DNA of 62,943 nt, counting the filler, from Chiloscyllium plagiosum (lineage: Eukaryota): NCBI RefSeq assembly GCF_004010195.1. It is 6 parts of one record of this genome, joined end to end, with 100 filler letters (N's around TTAATTAATTAA, not from the genome) between each part and the next. Parts side by side here need not be neighbours in the genome. Positions count along the whole stretch, not along the records: positions 56,406 to 60,792 come from NC_057711.1; positions 60,893 to 62,943 come from NC_057711.1; 4 more parts are not named here. One strand, written 5' to 3'. The translations under genes and the position numbers were made by a program. The notes under the pieces are model-generated. The model did not search any database, was not told the origin of the DNA, and worked only from the letters and a program-made list of their open reading frames with translations. Below, in pieces: positions 59,020 to 62,943 of this stretch. Position 1 is the stretch's first letter. Every line of letters starts with the position of its first letter.

Positions 59020-60170
59020 CAAACGCATGAACAAAGAACGAGAATAGGCTACCCAGTCCTTTGAGCATGCTCCACCATTCAATGAGGTCATGGCTAATCT
59101 GATTTTAACCTCAACTCTACATTCTTACACATCCCTGATGATCTTTCATTCTGTTGGTAATCAAGAAACTATCTAGCTCTGTGTCAAAAATATTTAAAGG
59201 TTCAGCATCCAACACCTTTTCGGGAAGGGAATTCCAAAGGCTCACAATCCTTTGAGAGTAAAAGAGGTTTCCTCATCTCTGTCTTAAAACACCTTAACTT
59301 TAATCTCTGACCCTATTTCTAGTTTGTCTCACAGAGGACTCATCCTTTCACAATCCACCTGATTAAGTCTCCTTAGGATCCAATATATTTTGTTAAGTCA
59401 CTTCTGGCTTATCTAATCTCCAAAGGATAGCGGCCTAGTATGTTCAGCTCGTCCTCATAAACCAATTTGCTAATTACAGGTATTACTCTAATCAACCTTC
59501 TCTGAAATACTTACAAAGCATTAAAATCCTCCATAAGTACAATGACCATTAGTGTACATTATACTTCACTAAAGCCCTGTATAACGGAAGCATAACCTCC
59601 TTACTCTTATGTTCAATTCCCTCTCAATTAAACATAAGATGCTATTAGCTTTCCTGATAACTTGGTGTACCAGCATACTAACGTTCTGTGATACATGGAC
59701 TAGAACACCCAGATCTCTCAGCATCTCAGAGTTCTGATACCTCTCACCATTTAAATAATATGTTTCAATTTTTACTCCTTCTGCCAAACTGAATAATTTC
59801 TTATTTTTCCACATTATACCCCATACGTCAGGTATTTGCCCACTAACTTATCCAATCTATATCCATTTGTAGGCTCCTTATTCCTGCTTCACAACTCACT
59901 TTCTTACCTATTTATTGTTATCAGCAAATTTAGCGACCGTACCTTTGATCCTTTTGTGTGAATCACTTATATAAATTGTAAAGGATTGAGGTCCCCGCAT
60001 TGTCACCTGTGGTGCACCAGTCATGACATCCTGCCAGCCTGAAAAAGACCCATTTATTTCTCTTCCCTTCCTCCTGTTAGACAGCCAATCATTTATCCAT
60101 GACAATATGTTACCCGCAACACCATGAGCTTCAATTTTCTACAGTAACCATTGTAGTGATCTCTTATGAA
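59020..60170 (-). mobile_element. Old CR1 LINE RT and 3' end
   Basis: WINDWLSNR...GAPQ...KFADN; RDLGVLVH...IRKAN. Confidence 0.85.
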
Positions 60171-60509
60171 ATGAACTGAATTAGGTTATTGTCACATGTA
60201 TTCCACCATCTTAGGTACAAAGGTACCAAGGTACAGAACCTTGATACAAGCAGAAAGATAAGGGAAACAAAGTTAAAAATGAAAACACTACATCCTTCTG
60301 ACTAAAAAGTATTAAAACAAAGAAACACAGTTAACAGTTCAACATCACGGAGTCTAAACACCCAGCAATGTTGGGTTTGCACTCCCCTTAAGGGTTTGAC
60401 CTTCCCCGCTCAGGGCTCGACCTCATCCTCACTGTTGCCCTGAGTTGCCTGCTCTCGCTGCCTTGCAGCATGTTCCTGCACCGCCTTGGGCTTCCTGCTG
60501 CTACTCTTG

Positions 60510-60792
60510 CTGCCAGCCCCCCCGACTGTTTATTCGAGCTCTCGCTGCCAGACTCCCCCCCACCCCCCGACTGCTTACTCCCCTCTCGCTGCCAGCCCCG
60601 GTGACTGTTTACTCTCGCTCTCACTACCAGTCCCCTGACTGTTTACTCCCCTCTCACTGCCAGCCCCCCACTGATTATTTACTCCCCTCTCACTGCCAGC
60701 CCCTCCGACTGTTTACTCCCCTCTCACTGCCAGTCCCCTGACTGTTTACTCCCCTCTCGCTGCCAACCTCCCAGACTGTTTACGCCTCTCTC
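60510..60792. repeat. Minisatellite, about 32-35 bp unit gactgtttactcccctctcactgccagccccc
   Basis: About 8 imperfect tandem copies running into a gap. Confidence 0.9.
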
Positions 60793-60892
60793 NNNNNNNN
60801 NNNNNNNNNNNNNNNNNNNNNNNNNNNNNNNNNNNNTTAATTAATTAANNNNNNNNNNNNNNNNNNNNNNNNNNNNNNNNNNNNNNNNNNNN

Positions 60893-61415
60893 GTCGTGGG
60901 GGCGGAGATCGACGTGAGGACGGAGATTAACGTGGGGGTGGAGATTAACGTGGGGCGGAGATTGACGTGCGGGCGGAGATCGACGTGGGGGCGGAGATCG
61001 ACGTGGGGGGCGGAGATTGTCGTGGGAGTGGCGTAGCGTGCGGTGTGGTCCCTGAGCAGGTGAGTGACGTCACTGGGGATGGAAGTGGCTGCGGCGATGG
61101 CAGCTCCGAGGGTGGAAGTGGTTGCGGTGACGGCTGCATGGTTGGTGGTGGCTGTTGTCCGTGCAGCGGTGGGGGCGGAAGTGATGTCACCGTTCGCCGT
61201 GGCAGTGGTGGCTGCAGCGGCCGCGTGGGCAATGGCGCCTGAGCGGTCCCGGAGGTTGCGAGAAGGTTCAGGACCAATCGAGGAATCCGGAGTGTGGGGG
61301 TAAGTACATGAAAGTTTTTTTGTACTTACTTTCTTTGATGTTTTATATGGTTAGGAAAAAACCTTTGTTCAGTGTATGAATTATTCTGAGGATGAAGAAC
61401 AGCAAAGGTCCTTTG
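60893..61415 (-). mobile_element. PLE ORF N-terminal region with CpG-rich low complexity and an 18-20 bp minisatellite (ggcggagatcgacgtggg)
   Basis: Minus strand KGPLLFFILRIIHTLNK...NIKESKYKK followed by Pro/Thr/Ala-rich repeats. Confidence 0.55.
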
Positions 61416-61940
61416 AACACATGACCATGTTCCCATACTAACACTTCTGTCTCAGGCTGCTGCAGTGCTCCAGCAAGATTCAACACAAGCTGGAAGAACA
61501 GCACCTTATCTTCCTCTTGGGGACATTACAACTTTAAGGAGTTAACAAGGAGCGTGAACACTCCTTCCATGTCAATTAACCACCCCACACCCCAGATCTT
61601 GCCAAAACATAGATTGCTTTCAACCCAACCAACCCATTTTCACTCACTCATAGTCCCCATTCTCCCTTGCCTGCTTACTATCAATAATCCTTTTGTCTGC
61701 CAACTTTTTTCCTTTTCTCTCTCTGGGCCCATCTCCAACTATCCAATTACTCTTTTTCTCCCAATCCCTGTCATCAGTATGCAGACCACCTTTCCAAGCT
61801 GCTATCAGTTCTGAAGAAGGGTCATTGAGCTCAAAGTGTGAATTCTGTCTTCTTTCCACAGACCTGCTGATTTTCTCCAACTGTTTCTATTTTTGTGTGT
61901 TTCAGATCTCCAGTATCCTCAGTTCTTTGTTTTGTTTTAG
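61416..61940 (+). mobile_element. Old Penelope-like 3' fragment
   Basis: LLQCSSKIQHKLEEQHLIFLLGTLQ..GVN (GIY-YIG C-terminus); degenerate ctgaagaagggtc terminus at 61811. Confidence 0.8.
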
Positions 61941-61974
61941 CTGTTAAAACTACTTTTGCTACTGAAATATTAGG

Positions 61975-62172
61975 AGAAAGTGAGGACTGCAGATGCAGGA
62001 GATCAGAGTCGAGAATGTAGTGTTGGAAAAGCACAACAGGTCAGGCAGCATCCAAGGAGCAGGAGAATCGACTTTTCAGGCATAAGCTCTTCAACAGGAA
62101 TTCCTGATGATGGGCTCATGCCCGATAAGTCAATTCTCCTGCTCCTTGGATGCTGCCTGACCTGCTGTGCTT
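61975..62172. mobile_element. Fold-back PLE-derived element
   Basis: Perfect 16-bp TSD ctactgaaatattagg (61959-61974 and 62173-62188); mutated hammerhead core at 62104-62131. Confidence 0.9.
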
Positions 62173-62943
62173 CTACTGAAATATTAGGTCCAGTAGAAGG
62201 AATGTTTTGGATTTGCATTGTCAAATATTCTGAACAAGGGCGATACCAAAACAAATTGTGTGAGTTTGGTGATGGTAGGTTCTTAAGTTTTATTATCTTT
62301 TGAAAAGCGTGGGTGGTAGCTAACATTTAACAGTTACTGAGTTAAAAATTCAAGTGAGAAAGAAAGTAAAGAATGTTTCTACCAGCCTTAGATGGGGTAA
62401 ACAAGCTCTGTTGGAAAGTAGTTGATCTGTTAATTATGTAAAGCAATTCAATCTATTTCTTGCATCTTTGTGCGAAAGGAAATATGTGCATGTACTTTGG
62501 ACATTTCAAGCAGAATGAATTTGGTTAAGAGTGAGTTATCAAGTTTTAACATTCTTTTCTAAAAGTGTGAATGTAGCGGCTGTTAACAGAGAGTGAAAAT
62601 AAACTCGAAGTTAAGAAACAATCACAGAGAATGCTAGAAAAACTTAGCAGGTCAGGCATGGACAGAGAAAAAGATTAATGTCTTGAGTCTGAAATGATTC
62701 TTCTTCAGAACTGAAAGGTGTTGGAAATTAGGTTCTTTTTTATAGTTATGACAGAAGAGGAGGAGCAGGAGGGCAGACAGTGTCACAGAGACACAGCACT
62801 GAAACAGACCCTTTGGCCCACCTTGTCCATGCTGACCAAGCTTCTTAAACTGAACTAATCCGATTTGCCTGTGCTTGGCCCATATCCCTCTAAGGAGAAA
62901 GTGAGGACTGCAGATGCTGGAGATCAGAGCTGAAAATGTGTTG

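Noticed and set aside
60945..61277. Pro/Thr-rich mucin-like or Gly/Cys-rich ORFs (also 47576-47869)
   Set aside because: Low-complexity and minisatellite sequence open in several frames, with no splice structure; better explained as PLE-internal.
62190..62303. NKLCEFGDGRFLSFIIF as a further ABCA13 piece (recalled human EELCSLPGSKVYSLIVL)
   Set aside because: The position is collinear, but the similarity is too weak to support.

Overview
Repeat-rich vertebrate genomic DNA, almost certainly from a shark or other elasmobranch. It carries HE1-type tRNA-derived SINEs, HER1/CR1 LINEs, DeuSINE-like relics and Penelope-like elements (PLEs), plus five 100-nt scaffold gaps padded with TTAATTAATTAA. 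I see no intact protein-coding gene, and every ORF in the track that I can identify is a transposon fragment or part of the relic described next. The unique DNA between the repeats, read on the + strand, gives a collinear chain of about 12-15 stop- and frameshift-ridden peptide fragments (about 1.8-58.7 kb). They resemble successive parts of the giant first extracellular domain of ABCA13. That comparison is to the human protein recalled from memory, not a computed alignment, so my best reading is a long-dead, TE-shattered ABCA13 pseudogene. Other notable structures: (1) short fold-back PLE-derived insertions with 14-16 bp TSDs and minimal hammerhead ribozyme cores; (2) a LINE that begins with a tRNA-like Pol III head shared with a SINE; (3) a CR1 insertion with a twin-priming-type 5' inversion; (4) a pile-up of retroposon 3' ends at a recurring motif; (5) a near-perfect 94-bp copy inside a decayed Gypsy element.
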